Notes under the pieces: model-generated | What the model saw: the letters and a program-made list of their open reading frames with translations, nothing else | Databases searched by the model: none | Told to the model about the DNA's origin: nothing | Virus record (IMG/VR): IMGVR_UViG_3300037420_000429 | Reading direction: 5' to 3' (one strand) | From: a virus | DNA length: 64,000 bases | Translations under genes and position numbers: made by a program | Shown here: in pieces, positions 17,096-27,569 of the stretch | Layout: each line of letters starts with the position of its first letter | How positions within the stretch are numbered: position 1 is the stretch's first letter

Positions 17096-17539
17096 ATGGG
17101 AAGTTTCGCAGACTCTCTCAGACAAAATATAACAAGAGTGCAGACGGAAGTTAACTTCAAGATTAACGCTGTCGCCTACAACCTCTTCACCCGCATTGTC
17201 AACAATTCCCCTCACGTCGGCGATGGCCCTTATGTAGCAGGCCATTTCGTTGCCAACTGGTTCCCTTCTGTTAATAGCTTCGACACATCTATTACAGGCG
17301 CTACAAGCAATGGCAGCGATAGCCTAGCGAGAATTGAAAGTATTATCAAGCCTAGTACAGCGTTCTTTCAGAAGGATGGGTTTGTGAGCTTGTCTAACAA
17401 TCTTAATTACGCACAGCGTGTTGAGTACCTTGGATGGCCTGCTGGCAAAGACCCAATCAGTGGATGGACTTGGACGGGTATGCGTAAATTCTATGCTCCT
17501 GTAGATACATCCTTCAAGTGGTCAAAAGGCGAATGGTAA
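17096..17539 (+). CDS. tail completion / neck protein (HK97 gp10-like, putative)
   Basis: 147 aa with GGGAGGTAT-ATG start. Size and position immediately upstream of the tail-terminator-like gene. Confidence 0.45.
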   Translation: MGSFADSLRQNITRVQTEVNFKINAVAYNLFTRIVNNSPHVGDGPYVAGHFVANWFPSVNSFDTSITGATSNGSDSLARIESIIKPSTAFFQKDGFVSLSNNLNYAQRVEYLGWPAGKDPISGWTWTGMRKFYAPVDTSFKWSKGEW

Positions 17540-17548
17540 AGGAGAGTT

Positions 17549-17947
17549 ATGAATATTAGACAAGAAGTAGAGTCGGCTATCGCCTCCTTCGCTGCTGCAC
17601 AAAATCCTGTGATTCCTGTTGCGTATGAAGGTGTCGCGTTCAATAAGCCGGTGAGTTCGCCTTGGCTTGAAGTTGTGTTCCTCAACAGTACTACTAAGAA
17701 TGCCACGTTGGACGCAACACATACAAGAACGTACGGTACAGTACAAGTCAACGTGTATGTGCCCGATGGTAAGGGGATGAAGCAACTTGACACGCTTACG
17801 TCAGCAGTTGCTGCGCTGTTCCCTGTAGCGAATAAAGCATTGTACAGCACCTTCTCGGTTGAGCAACCACCTAATGTTAGCTCTGCCATGATCGATACGC
17901 AGTTCAGGGTGGCTGCTGTACGAGTTCAATATAGGCAAGAAGCCTAG
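17549..17947 (+). CDS. tail terminator protein (gpU/DUF4128-like, putative)
   Basis: 132 aa. The pattern …VAYEGVAFNKP…PWLEVVFL…GTVQVNVYVP… resembles the tail terminator family. Lies directly before the tube gene. Confidence 0.5.
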   Translation: MNIRQEVESAIASFAAAQNPVIPVAYEGVAFNKPVSSPWLEVVFLNSTTKNATLDATHTRTYGTVQVNVYVPDGKGMKQLDTLTSAVAALFPVANKALYSTFSVEQPPNVSSAMIDTQFRVAAVRVQYRQEA

Positions 17948-18017
17948 AACAACAAGATATGGCTTACGCCGTATAACAAGCATCTTTGCAAAGATAACTT
18001 AATTTAAAGGAAATACA

Positions 18018-18470
18018 ATGACTTCTCCTACAATCGTAACTAGCGCAACTACACAGATTTCGATTTCTACTACGCTGCCTGCTACCTACACTGCAACTGA
18101 TTTCGCATCGCTTACGTGGGTGCCTATTGCAGCAGTCACATCACTCGGTACTTTCGGCGGTAAAACAAGTGTGCAGAAGTTTGTCGTTCTTGACACCGGT
18201 ACAGTTATTAAGCGGGCAGGCTCGGTGGATTATGGCACGATTAACGCCGTTCTTTCCAAGCATACCGGCGCTGATATGACGGCTCTGCAAACCGCTTTTA
18301 CGTCGCGCGCTTCGACGGCCTTCAAGATCACGTACCCCACAGCATTGGGCGGCAGTGCCTTCTTCACAGGCATCGTTACTGGCATTCAAACCAACGTTGG
18401 TAATGCTGATGCGATCATGCAGACCAACCTCGACATCGAATTGGATAACGCTGTTATCGAAGGCACCTAA
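18018..18470 (+). CDS. major tail tube protein (TP901-1/GTA-like small tube protein)
   Basis: 150 aa with AAAGGAAATACA-ATG start. Followed by a hairpin and, beyond the HE insertion, the G/GT chaperone and tape measure. Confidence 0.6.
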   Translation: MTSPTIVTSATTQISISTTLPATYTATDFASLTWVPIAAVTSLGTFGGKTSVQKFVVLDTGTVIKRAGSVDYGTINAVLSKHTGADMTALQTAFTSRASTAFKITYPTALGGSAFFTGIVTGIQTNVGNADAIMQTNLDIELDNAVIEGT

Positions 18471-18477
18471 GTAATAA

Positions 18478-18493
18478 GAGGGCTTCGGCCCTC
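18478..18493 (+). terminator. stable hairpin after the tube gene (partial terminator?)
   Basis: GAGGGC-ttcg-GCCCTC. No clear U-run follows. Confidence 0.35.
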
Positions 18494-18616
18494 CGTTGTA
18501 AGAGTAACGTTGTGAACGGCTCTATACAAATGTTTCAAGAGGTACGGGAAATGTAAATCCCTCTCTTAAGCATTCTTAAGACTTTAACATTTTGAGAATA
18601 TTTAAGAAAGGGAATT

Positions 18617-19570
18617 ATGCCAAGGCTTAGCATTGATACCGTTATACGCCAGATTGAAGAGAAACAACCCGGAAAATACGGGTTTGACAAACTTGTCTAC
18701 AAAAGTTATAGGGGTAAGATAACCTTGTTTTGTAATGTGCACAAGGAGTACTTTGAGACTACTTTTGTGTCAGCTATAACTACAAGTTCTTGTAAAAAGT
18801 GCATAAAAGAAGAGATTCCTACTAGGCTTAGTCATACAAAAGATCAGTTTGTGTCGCGCGCAATAGAAGTGCACGGAGATAAGTACAGTTACGAAGAAGT
18901 AGAGTACGTAAATTCCCAAACAAAGATTAAAATCTGGTGCAAAAACCACAAAACATTTTTCTCTCAGATACCCAACAGCCATTTGCGCGGAAACGGGTGC
19001 CCTCTTTGCAGTGCAACTAATGTGGCGGAAAAGATTAATAACGCAGCACGAGAGCGCTTCGTGACTGAGGCTAAGAAAGTTAATCCTGATTATGATTACT
19101 CCAAAGCTCTCTACATCTCGGCACATAGAAAAGTTGAAGTAGTTTGCCATAAACACGAAAGCTTTTGGATCAGGCCAACTAATATTTTAGCAGGGATTGG
19201 TTGCCCATCTTGCTCTAAAAATGGATACAACATCGACAGGTCTGGACATTTATATGTTTTGACTTGCGGAGATATAACAAAGATAGGCATCACAAACCGA
19301 CTTGTCTCGCGTAGACAACGGGAAATCTCAAAATCTTTTGGACACAAATTTGACCTGTTTCGCAAATACTTCTTTGAAGATGGTAGACACCCTTACGAAC
19401 TTGAGAGAATTCTATTGCAAGAACTGCGGGAGCAACACCTTCAACCGTCTAAGATATTCGATGGACGAACAGAGTCATTTTTGTCAGTAAATAACGAAAT
19501 TTTAATTGCACGTATCGAGCAACTAATCAAAGAGCAATATAGCTCTAAACCAGCTTCGCAAGAAGCATAA
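18617..19570 (+). CDS. free-standing homing endonuclease, GIY-YIG superfamily (T5orf172-like) with triplicated zinc-ribbon DNA-binding repeats
   Basis: Three repeats of C-x-x-H…F…C-P-x-C (FCNVHKEYF…CKKC, WCKNHKTFF…CPLC, VCHKHESFW…CPSC), then GHLYVLTCGDITKIGITNRLVSRRQRE. AT-rich insertion between the tube and chaperone genes. Confidence 0.7.
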   Translation: MPRLSIDTVIRQIEEKQPGKYGFDKLVYKSYRGKITLFCNVHKEYFETTFVSAITTSSCKKCIKEEIPTRLSHTKDQFVSRAIEVHGDKYSYEEVEYVNSQTKIKIWCKNHKTFFSQIPNSHLRGNGCPLCSATNVAEKINNAARERFVTEAKKVNPDYDYSKALYISAHRKVEVVCHKHESFWIRPTNILAGIGCPSCSKNGYNIDRSGHLYVLTCGDITKIGITNRLVSRRQREISKSFGHKFDLFRKYFFEDGRHPYELERILLQELREQHLQPSKIFDGRTESFLSVNNEILIARIEQLIKEQYSSKPASQEA

Positions 19571-19591
19571 CATAACTAAAGGAACTCTACC

Positions 19592-20008
19592 ATGACTTTT
19601 GAACTTAACACCCTTGCACTTAACGACGAAGCAACTGTACAACTGCGCCACCCTGTCACGGATGTGCCGCTGTTTGCACCAGTCGGTAAGAAGGAAGACC
19701 CTGAATCGAAACCTGTGCAGATTATTGTGAAAGGCTCTGCATCGCAAGCTTATCGCCGTGCTGTCGATGCGATGATGAAGAAGGCTGCAAAACGCGGAAA
19801 GCGAGAGGCGACACCCGAAGAAATGCGAGAGCAGAGTGTGGAATTTCTGACCGCATTGTCTGTGAAGATTGAGAATCTCACGCTTGATGGTGAGCCGGTG
19901 GACAATGCTGACGCTTTCCGCAAACTGTACGCAGACGCTCGTTACGAGTGGATTCGCTCGCAAATTAACGATGCCGTGGGCGACCCCGCTTTTTTCTTGA
20001 AAGCCTAA
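19592..20008 (+). CDS. tail assembly chaperone (gpG analogue)
   Basis: 138 aa directly upstream of the tape measure. Contains a slippery heptamer 12 nt before its stop. Confidence 0.75.
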   Translation: MTFELNTLALNDEATVQLRHPVTDVPLFAPVGKKEDPESKPVQIIVKGSASQAYRRAVDAMMKKAAKRGKREATPEEMREQSVEFLTALSVKIENLTLDGEPVDNADAFRKLYADARYEWIRSQINDAVGDPAFFLKA

Positions 20009-20487
20009 CTACTCTCCTAGTTACATATTCTAAACAACTGGCTTGGCTGGGCGCTACGCCCGAGAAAGCCAAGTACAGTCGTCTAGAACAAATACAAGGT
20101 AACGTTCTTAAAGAGCGTGACGAAGATGGCTCTGCCATTGCATGTCCAGCAGAGGTGTATTTGCCTGAGATTCCCAAGGCATTTACAAACCTGCTGGACT
20201 TTTTCTTTGCGTCAGGACAAGCTATGCAATCGGGTGTGGGTTTGCACGGCTTGACGTGGCAAGAAATTCGCGCATTTAGGGAAGAGAATGAGCTAGATAT
20301 GACGCTCTACGAGCGAGAGATTCTTAAGAAGATGTCGGACGCTTATTGCTCAGAGTATGTTAAGGCTTCAGACCCGAAACGTCCTGCACCGTACACTCCG
20401 GAAGTGGAAGAAAATGAAGTTGACCAGATTGCTCTAGGTTTGCAATTCATTGAACAGTTGAAACTCTTAAGACAGAAAAAGGATTGA
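19592..20487 (+). CDS. tail assembly chaperone frameshift product (gpGT analogue), join 19592..19996 and 19996..20487
   Basis: The -1 frame read from 19981 has no stop across the otherwise unexplained 20008..20155 gap and runs into ORF 20155..20487, which ends 1 nt before the tape measure ATG. Confidence 0.7.
19990..19996 (+). other. -1 programmed ribosomal frameshift slippery site T_TTT_TTC
   Basis: X_XXY_YYZ heptamer in the zero frame (GCT TTT TTC). The -1 frame is open from here to 20487 with no stop. Confidence 0.75.
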
Positions 20488-20488
20488 A

Positions 20489-23400
20489 ATGGCTCTAGAA
20501 GCATCTGTACTTACAGTACGTGTGCAATCTGACGGGATTGAAAACACAACAAAGGCTCTCGAAGCACTCGCTGCTGCTGGCGAGAAAGCTGAGAAGAAGA
20601 CATCTAACATCGGTAGTGGTGCACAAGCCTCTGCCAAAGCACAGGTGGATGCTGCTCAACAGGCGGCATCTGCATACAATGCCATCATCGACATGATGAC
20701 GGAGAAGGCTAATACGTTCTACTCTGACAAAGCCACGAAGGCTGCAATGGCCGCTCAGCAAGAGCTTTTCGATGGTATGTCGATGATGGACAAGTTGTGG
20801 GCGCATGCTGAAGAAACACGACAAAAAGAAGCTGCTGCTCGTGCAAAAGAAGCTGAAGACATCCGTACTAGGCAGGCACAACAATTAGCAGATGCAACCG
20901 CTGCGAGTGAAAAAGCACTTGCTATCCAATTCGACGCTTATCAAAAACAGAAGCAGATGGAAGCCAATGCACAAGCCAAAGGCGATGCGCTTAATCAAGC
21001 AGGGCAACGTGCTGCTGAATACGCAAAGCTGCAAGCTGACATTAAAGCTCTCAAAGAAGAAACTGACAAGTTACGGGCTGCTGAGAAAGCAGAACAAGAG
21101 CAACGCGAGAAGATTGATTATGCTGCTTGGATTGCCCGTGGTAAAGCTGCCGCACAGGCTACACGAGAGCAAGAGGCTGCACTTCAAGCTAAACAAAAAG
21201 CTGAACAACAATCTGCTGTGCAAGCTGAGGCTTTTGTAGCTGCTTTGAAGCGTCAAGCAGATACTGTGGGGATGACCACAAAAGAATTGCGAGACTACAA
21301 TGCTGAAGTGCTCCGTAAACGTGCTGCCGAGCTTGGTGTTTCTGCACAAACCGACGAGTATATCAACAAGCTGAAGAGTGCTAAAGGTGCCCATGAAGGG
21401 TTGAGCCTTGCTACGGCAGGTACATCGCGTGAGTTGTTGGTTCTTACACACGAACTTGCCACAGGCCAGCTTAACCGTTTCTACGGCTCCTTGCTGGTAT
21501 TGGGCGAGCGCGTCAACGTAATGCCTGCCATTTGGAAAGCGCTAGGTAGTGCTGCGAGCGCGCTTGGTGTGTCGTTCGGTGTGCTGCTAGGTGGTATCGT
21601 CGCTGTAGGTGTTGCGCTAGTTGCCGGGATTATGACGTACATGCACAGTGCTTCCGCCCTCAAAGACCTGAACAAAGAAGTTGTTCTGACAGGTAATTCT
21701 GCTGGAGCTACAGGTGATGCACTCTACACGATGGCAAACCGCATCGGCTCTGCCTACGGCGAATTCGGCAAGGCTCGTGAGGCTGTTATTGCCGTTGCTT
21801 CCACAGGTAAATTCACTGCGGATCAAATTAACCTGATCGCAGAAGCAGCAGTCGGAATGGAAAAGTACGCTGGAGTGTCTGTTGAGAAGACAGCAGCAGC
21901 TTTTGAGAAACTGGCTGGCAATCCTTTGAAGATCACTGACAAAGGCTTCAAAGACGTATCGAATGCCGCGATGCAGCTTGACGAACAAATGCACTTCCTT
22001 GAGCCCACAGTGCTTGCACATATTATTCAGCTTGAACGCGAGGGTGAACACGCAGCAGCATCGCGTATCGCCATCAAGGCGCTTGCGGACGAGGAAAAAG
22101 CTCGTGCGGAAGAACTCAAGGCTCAACTTACACCTTTCGGGCAATTGCTGGATACACTGGCTGAGAAGGCTTCTAATTTCTGGAACAAACTCCTGCACAA
22201 AGGCAGTAAGGACGACCAACTACAAGCCCTGCAAGAAAAACTTCAGAAAATGCAGAATGACCCGTACAATATCGAGTCTGGTGGTTATTCCAAAGAAGAT
22301 ATCGATAATGTGAAGGCGGCTATCAAAAATCTTCAGAATGAAATTCTGCAAGGTGAATATGATGCTGCTGAAAAGGGGCACAAGAAAACAATGGACCGCC
22401 TTGCCAATGAGCAACAGGTTTATTTGCGAAACTTGATGGAGCGTTCCAAAGGTGAGGAAAATCTTCAGCAGCGCCTTGCCCGGTTTGACAACATCATTGC
22501 ACAACAACGTGAGCGTGCAAAGAATGACCCTGCTTACGCTGCACAAATGCAGGGTGCGCTGTCTGATGCCAGTGTTGAAATGATGCGCAAGCAAGTTGAG
22601 CGAGATAGTATCAAAGCGGGACCGAAGCCTCATACAGAAGGTATGTCTGGTTTAGATAAGATCATCAACCAAATTAACGAAGAGTACGAAGTTCAGAAGC
22701 GTGCAATGGACAACAAAATCAAGCTTATTGATTTTCAGAATAAGTATGGCTTGATGGAAGATGAAAAGGCCCAATCCGAGAAAGAAGACATCCTCGACCA
22801 AGAGCTTGAACTTGAAAAAGACCATCTTCAAAAAGCATTGGATGCAATCAAAGCTTTCCATACTGAAGATGTCCGCTTGAAGAACGATGCTGCGAGCAAA
22901 AAAGCAAACATTCAGAAACAGCTTGACAAGGTGATGAGCGATATCGCCCTCAAGCAAAAAGAGAATGATCTTGTCCCTGACGTGAACTTGGCAGCAGAGC
23001 AAGTGAAACAACAAAAAGAGCAAGACAACATCCTCAAGCAGATTGAAAAACAGACGGCATCAGTCCAAGCACAAGTGGATGCCTACAATAATCTGCCAGA
23101 CGCCGTTAAAGCTGTTGGTGTGCGGCAGAAGGAAATGGCAAGTGAAGTTGAACAAGCAAAAATTGATTCGCTGGAAGTTGAAAAAGAAAAGCTCCTCAAC
23201 ATGGATGCAATGTACACTATTGTCAATCAACGGCGAATCGACCAGATCGACAAAGAGAGTGCTGCACGGCAGAAGTTGAAAGGTGTGTTTGTTGAAAAAG
23301 AGGCAAACGACGCTCAGAACAACGCTGCCCTTAATCGATCCTCGGCGCTGACTAAAATCGCAACAGAGCAAGTTAAAATCTGGAAAGATGTTGGTAACGA

Positions 23401-26074
23401 GATTGGTAAAACCCTGAAAGTAGCATTTGGAAGTGGTGGCGAAGCAGCCGGACGTATGTTTAAAGAGTTTGCCGAGAATCAGGCAGATCAAATTGACTTA
23501 ATTAACAAAGCACGCCTTGTTCGCGAGAATGCTTCTCTCAGTGCGTCTGAAAAAGAAAAGCAGCTCAGTGATATCCAGTTGCAAAGCACTGAAGTTCAAA
23601 TGAACACGTTTGGAAATATGGCAGCAGCGTCTGCTGACTTCTTCCAAAAAGGTTCCACAGGCTATCAAGCAATGGCTAAAGCTGCAATGGTGTTGCACAC
23701 TGCCGAAGTTGCTCTGTCCTTGATTAAAGGTGTCAACGCGATCCTGACGCAAGGTGAAGGCGATCCGTACACAGCGTTTGCCCGTATGGCTGCGATGACT
23801 GCATTGGTTGCTGGCCTTGGTGTTGCTGTTTCTGGTGGTGGTAGTGGTCCTATATCTTCAGGAGAGCAACAGCGGAGGCAGGGCACTGGAACAGTGTTGG
23901 GTTCTCCGACAATCACTGACGGTGTTGATGTCAGGCTAGTGGGTCAGAAATCTGATTCGATTGCAAATTCGCTGAAAATCGCTGAGAAGAATTCTGGACT
24001 TGGACTTGTTGTGCAAAATGACATGCTTGACGCTCTGCGAAAGCTTAACGACAACATCTCAAAGTTTGCAATTCTGGCTGTTCAGAATAGTGGCTTGACT
24101 GGGTACACAGCAAACAATTCGCAATCGTTTGGTGGTAAGGGGTTATCGTCAGCCGGAAGTCTTCTCGGAGCGGGTGTCGGTTATGCGGCAGGGGCAGGTT
24201 TTACAGCCTTTACTGCGATGGCTTCCCTTGGAGGACCAATCGGACTTGCTGTTGGCGCTGTGCTCGGCCACGTGCTGCCCAGAGCACTCAGTTCCGTGTT
24301 CGGTGGATCTAAAACAGTTGACGACACTGGCCTGGCAATCGGCAAGACAACTCTTGGCCAAGTAGACGTATCTGGCCTGATGGGCAGTCAGTACACCAAT
24401 ACAACAACTTCAGGTGGTTGGTTCCGTAGCGACAAGCACTCTACAGACACGCAATCCCTTGGCACTGAGTTCAACGACCAAATCACTAAAGTTGTTACGA
24501 GCATGGAAGACACGCTTAAAACAGCAGCAGTTGGGTTAGATATGGGCGGTGATGCATTCAATGAGAAACTGAAAAGCTTCGTCGTTGACATTGGTAACAT
24601 CAGCCTGAAAGGTATGACCGGCGACGAGATTCAAAGCACATTGATGAACGTGTTCTCCAAGCTTGGAGACCAAATGGCTCAATTCGCATTCTCCGACCTT
24701 CAGAAGTATCAGAAGATTGGTGAAGGGTTGATGGAAACTGTTGTGCGTGTTGCTAATGATCTGCAACAAGTGAAAGACGTGTTTGATTCGCTCAGCAAGA
24801 CAATTCCAAAAGCCGTAGACGCAATTGCAACATCGGAAGCGTTGATTGCGCAATTCGGGTCCGTTGACAATCTGACGAAAGGTGTTAAGGGCTACATCAA
24901 CGCAATCTACACAGACCAAGAAAAGCTTATGCCGATCATCAAGTCTGTGTCTACTGCAATGGATGGCCTTGGCTTGTCTTACGTTAAAACTAAAGAGCAA
25001 TTCAAGCAAGTGGTGGATAGCCTTGATTTGACAACAGAGGCAGGCGCTAAAATGTTTGCTACGCTGATGAACATTGCTCCTGCATTTGCGCAGACGATTG
25101 ACGACACTGAGAAGCTTGCAAACGATGCTCGTAGTGCTTTGACTGATGCATATAAGCGCGAGTCCGATGCGATTAAAGATACGCAAGACAAGATGAAGAA
25201 TCTTGTCACCACTTTGAAGCAGTTGTCTTCTTCTAGTCTGCTTGGTGATCTTTCTCCGCTTACTCCGCAACAGAAATATCTTGAAGCTAAATCCCAGTTT
25301 GAGACTGTTGCTGAAAAGGCGCAGAACGGTGATAAAGATGCACAAGGGCAGTTTGAGGCAGCTTACACAGCCTTCCTTGAGGCTTCTAAAGTAGCTAATG
25401 CATCAGGTGCGCAATACCAGAAAGACTTCGTGTACGCACAGAAAGTGACGCAGCAAGCAACTGAATGGGCTCAGAAACAAGTGAATGTTGCGCAAGCTAC
25501 GTTGGATGCTTTGAACAAACAAGTGGAAGGTTTGATTGATGTTAATGACAGCTTGCTTACTGTTTCTCAAGCTATCGCCAATCTCATCACTGCGTTGAAA
25601 GGCACTCCGCAAGGAGACAAAGTAGCGAATCAAGCAGCAAGCAATGCGCAGTCAGCAATTGAAAAACTGTATGGAGATATTCTTCACCGCGCCTCGGATG
25701 CAGCAGGTATGCAATTCTGGTTGGATAAGGTGAAAGACGGTGTTTCGATGACGGACATTGCTAATGCAATTGCCAACAGCCCTGAAGCTAAAGGTGAAAT
25801 TAAGCCGATTGGAAGCACTGGTAGTACTCAGGCAGTGACGCCTGTGACAGCAACAGTTTCAACAGGTACACAGTCTGCTGTGCATGCCGAAGTTGTCGCA
25901 GCTATTAACGACTTGAAGGTAACCATCGAGGAGTCTAACCAATCCACGACTAACAAGCTTGTGGGTGCAGTGTACGATTCTCAAGACAATGCTGCTAACA
26001 AGATTGTGAGCGGGACTACTGGTGCAATTGCATCAACTAAAGTTGGAAGCACTTATAAAATTGTAGAGAGGTAA
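20489..26074 (+). CDS. tape measure protein (1861 aa)
   Basis: Huge Ala/Gln/Lys/Glu-rich coiled-coil ORF with central hydrophobic segments, downstream of G/GT. Has a DUF4214-like segment near its C-terminus. Confidence 0.9.
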   Translation: MALEASVLTVRVQSDGIENTTKALEALAAAGEKAEKKTSNIGSGAQASAKAQVDAAQQAASAYNAIIDMMTEKANTFYSDKATKAAMAAQQELFDGMSMMDKLWAHAEETRQKEAAARAKEAEDIRTRQAQQLADATAASEKALAIQFDAYQKQKQMEANAQAKGDALNQAGQRAAEYAKLQADIKALKEETDKLRAAEKAEQEQREKIDYAAWIARGKAAAQATREQEAALQAKQKAEQQSAVQAEAFVAALKRQADTVGMTTKELRDYNAEVLRKRAAELGVSAQTDEYINKLKSAKGAHEGLSLATAGTSRELLVLTHELATGQLNRFYGSLLVLGERVNVMPAIWKALGSAASALGVSFGVLLGGIVAVGVALVAGIMTYMHSASALKDLNKEVVLTGNSAGATGDALYTMANRIGSAYGEFGKAREAVIAVASTGKFTADQINLIAEAAVGMEKYAGVSVEKTAAAFEKLAGNPLKITDKGFKDVSNAAMQLDEQMHFLEPTVLAHIIQLEREGEHAAASRIAIKALADEEKARAEELKAQLTPFGQLLDTLAEKASNFWNKLLHKGSKDDQLQALQEKLQKMQNDPYNIESGGYSKEDIDNVKAAIKNLQNEILQGEYDAAEKGHKKTMDRLANEQQVYLRNLMERSKGEENLQQRLARFDNIIAQQRERAKNDPAYAAQMQGALSDASVEMMRKQVERDSIKAGPKPHTEGMSGLDKIINQINEEYEVQKRAMDNKIKLIDFQNKYGLMEDEKAQSEKEDILDQELELEKDHLQKALDAIKAFHTEDVRLKNDAASKKANIQKQLDKVMSDIALKQKENDLVPDVNLAAEQVKQQKEQDNILKQIEKQTASVQAQVDAYNNLPDAVKAVGVRQKEMASEVEQAKIDSLEVEKEKLLNMDAMYTIVNQRRIDQIDKESAARQKLKGVFVEKEANDAQNNAALNRSSALTKIATEQVKIWKDVGNEIGKTLKVAFGSGGEAAGRMFKEFAENQADQIDLINKARLVRENASLSASEKEKQLSDIQLQSTEVQMNTFGNMAAASADFFQKGSTGYQAMAKAAMVLHTAEVALSLIKGVNAILTQGEGDPYTAFARMAAMTALVAGLGVAVSGGGSGPISSGEQQRRQGTGTVLGSPTITDGVDVRLVGQKSDSIANSLKIAEKNSGLGLVVQNDMLDALRKLNDNISKFAILAVQNSGLTGYTANNSQSFGGKGLSSAGSLLGAGVGYAAGAGFTAFTAMASLGGPIGLAVGAVLGHVLPRALSSVFGGSKTVDDTGLAIGKTTLGQVDVSGLMGSQYTNTTTSGGWFRSDKHSTDTQSLGTEFNDQITKVVTSMEDTLKTAAVGLDMGGDAFNEKLKSFVVDIGNISLKGMTGDEIQSTLMNVFSKLGDQMAQFAFSDLQKYQKIGEGLMETVVRVANDLQQVKDVFDSLSKTIPKAVDAIATSEALIAQFGSVDNLTKGVKGYINAIYTDQEKLMPIIKSVSTAMDGLGLSYVKTKEQFKQVVDSLDLTTEAGAKMFATLMNIAPAFAQTIDDTEKLANDARSALTDAYKRESDAIKDTQDKMKNLVTTLKQLSSSSLLGDLSPLTPQQKYLEAKSQFETVAEKAQNGDKDAQGQFEAAYTAFLEASKVANASGAQYQKDFVYAQKVTQQATEWAQKQVNVAQATLDALNKQVEGLIDVNDSLLTVSQAIANLITALKGTPQGDKVANQAASNAQSAIEKLYGDILHRASDAAGMQFWLDKVKDGVSMTDIANAIANSPEAKGEIKPIGSTGSTQAVTPVTATVSTGTQSAVHAEVVAAINDLKVTIEESNQSTTNKLVGAVYDSQDNAANKIVSGTTGAIASTKVGSTYKIVER

Positions 26075-26075
26075 T

Positions 26076-27560
26076 ATGATTGATTTTGCGGCATGGCTTA
26101 AAAATCCTGCCGCTCCTCGTATTGTGTTGGTTGAGGTGAATGTGAAGAGTGGCGGGGTGGAAACAACCCGTTACCTTTCCACAGGGGTTTATGTGACGGC
26201 CCCTACAGACACCCCAGCGAACCAGCAATATCTTCCTGTACTAACATCCGGTTTGCAATACACAGAAAAGCTGGATGTTGAAGGTACAGGCGGGTTGTCT
26301 GGTGGCGATCTTGAGATTGCTAACAATAACGGCGAGCGAGATAGTTGGCTTAATGATGTGTGGGATAATCGATCCATTGTGGCATGGATTGGTGATCCTA
26401 GTTGGCAGCGGTCTGATTTTCAGATGATCTTCAATGGCATTGTTGCCACTATTGATAGCAAGGATGAGAAAACTCTTACGCTTACGATTCTTGACAAGCT
26501 TCAGAGGTTGAACACCCCGGCTACAGAACAGAAGATTGGAGATGTCAACACAACCGTACCTGCACCGACGAACAAGGATAACTTATTCAAACTTGCATTC
26601 GGCGAGGTGCACAACGTCACTCCTGAACTTCTGGATGCAACACAGCTTAAGTATCAAGTGCACAATGGCCCAATCGAAGATATCATCGAAGTGCGGGACA
26701 ATGGTATTCCTGTAGCTATTACGAAAAGTTTGTCTGATGGCACGTTCACCTTGTCTCATTCGTCGGCTGGCACGATTACAGCTTCTGTGCAAGGCGATAA
26801 GAACACAACATATGTAAATACTATTGCTGGTGTTATCCGTCGAATGGCAACCAAGTTCGGCACAGCCACGTCGCGGTACACAGATGCAGATATTGATCTT
26901 ACTAACTTCTCTGCATTTGATACAACGTGTCCACAACCAGTTGGGGTGTTTTTGGAGAGTGGAGATAACGTTCTAACCACTTGTCAGGAATTGGCCAAGA
27001 GTGTTGATGCACGTTTGGTGACATCTCGTTCGGGTTTGCTTCGTCTTATTCAAGTAAATATTGCAGGTACTGGAACTCCTGTAAGAATTGACACAACTCA
27101 GATTATTGTTGGCAGTCTTAAAATCAGCAGCAGGCCACTTGTACAAGCATCGATTAAGCTAGGATTTGACAAAAACTACACTGTGCAGGATAATCTACTT
27201 ACGAGCATTCCGGATGAACACAAGAAGCTTTTTGCACAAGAGTGGTTGACAACAACATCAACAAATGCAACAGCCAAGACAGACTACAAGCTTAACGCAG
27301 CCCCACCCAGAACTGACACAATGTTCTTACGTAGAGTAGATGCGGCAGCGGAGGCTGACAGGCGTGTTGCTTTGTGGAGCACTCCACGGAATGTGTTCCA
27401 ATTCACAGGAACGTCTGATCTGATCAACTCCCTGACGCTGGGTTGCGCAGTCACTTTGGTGCATCCTCGTTATGGTCTGTCGAACGGTAAAAATGGCGTG
27501 GTGGTGTCCCTGAGCCCTAATTGGTTCAATGGCACTATCATGGTGGAAGTTTTAATTTAA
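26076..27560 (+). CDS. tail tip / distal tail protein (putative)
   Basis: 494-aa ORF starting 1 nt after the tape measure stop. Function assigned by position only. Confidence 0.45.
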   Translation: MIDFAAWLKNPAAPRIVLVEVNVKSGGVETTRYLSTGVYVTAPTDTPANQQYLPVLTSGLQYTEKLDVEGTGGLSGGDLEIANNNGERDSWLNDVWDNRSIVAWIGDPSWQRSDFQMIFNGIVATIDSKDEKTLTLTILDKLQRLNTPATEQKIGDVNTTVPAPTNKDNLFKLAFGEVHNVTPELLDATQLKYQVHNGPIEDIIEVRDNGIPVAITKSLSDGTFTLSHSSAGTITASVQGDKNTTYVNTIAGVIRRMATKFGTATSRYTDADIDLTNFSAFDTTCPQPVGVFLESGDNVLTTCQELAKSVDARLVTSRSGLLRLIQVNIAGTGTPVRIDTTQIIVGSLKISSRPLVQASIKLGFDKNYTVQDNLLTSIPDEHKKLFAQEWLTTTSTNATAKTDYKLNAAPPRTDTMFLRRVDAAAEADRRVALWSTPRNVFQFTGTSDLINSLTLGCAVTLVHPRYGLSNGKNGVVVSLSPNWFNGTIMVEVLI

Positions 27561-27569
27561 AGGAATACA

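Noticed and set aside
21617-25345. Numerous minus-strand ORFs of 60-270 aa inside the tape measure gene, e.g. 21617..22219 and 24536..25345.
   Set aside because: They are antisense to a repetitive Ala/Gln/Lys/Glu-coding sequence that lacks stops on the opposite strand. They have no start signals.
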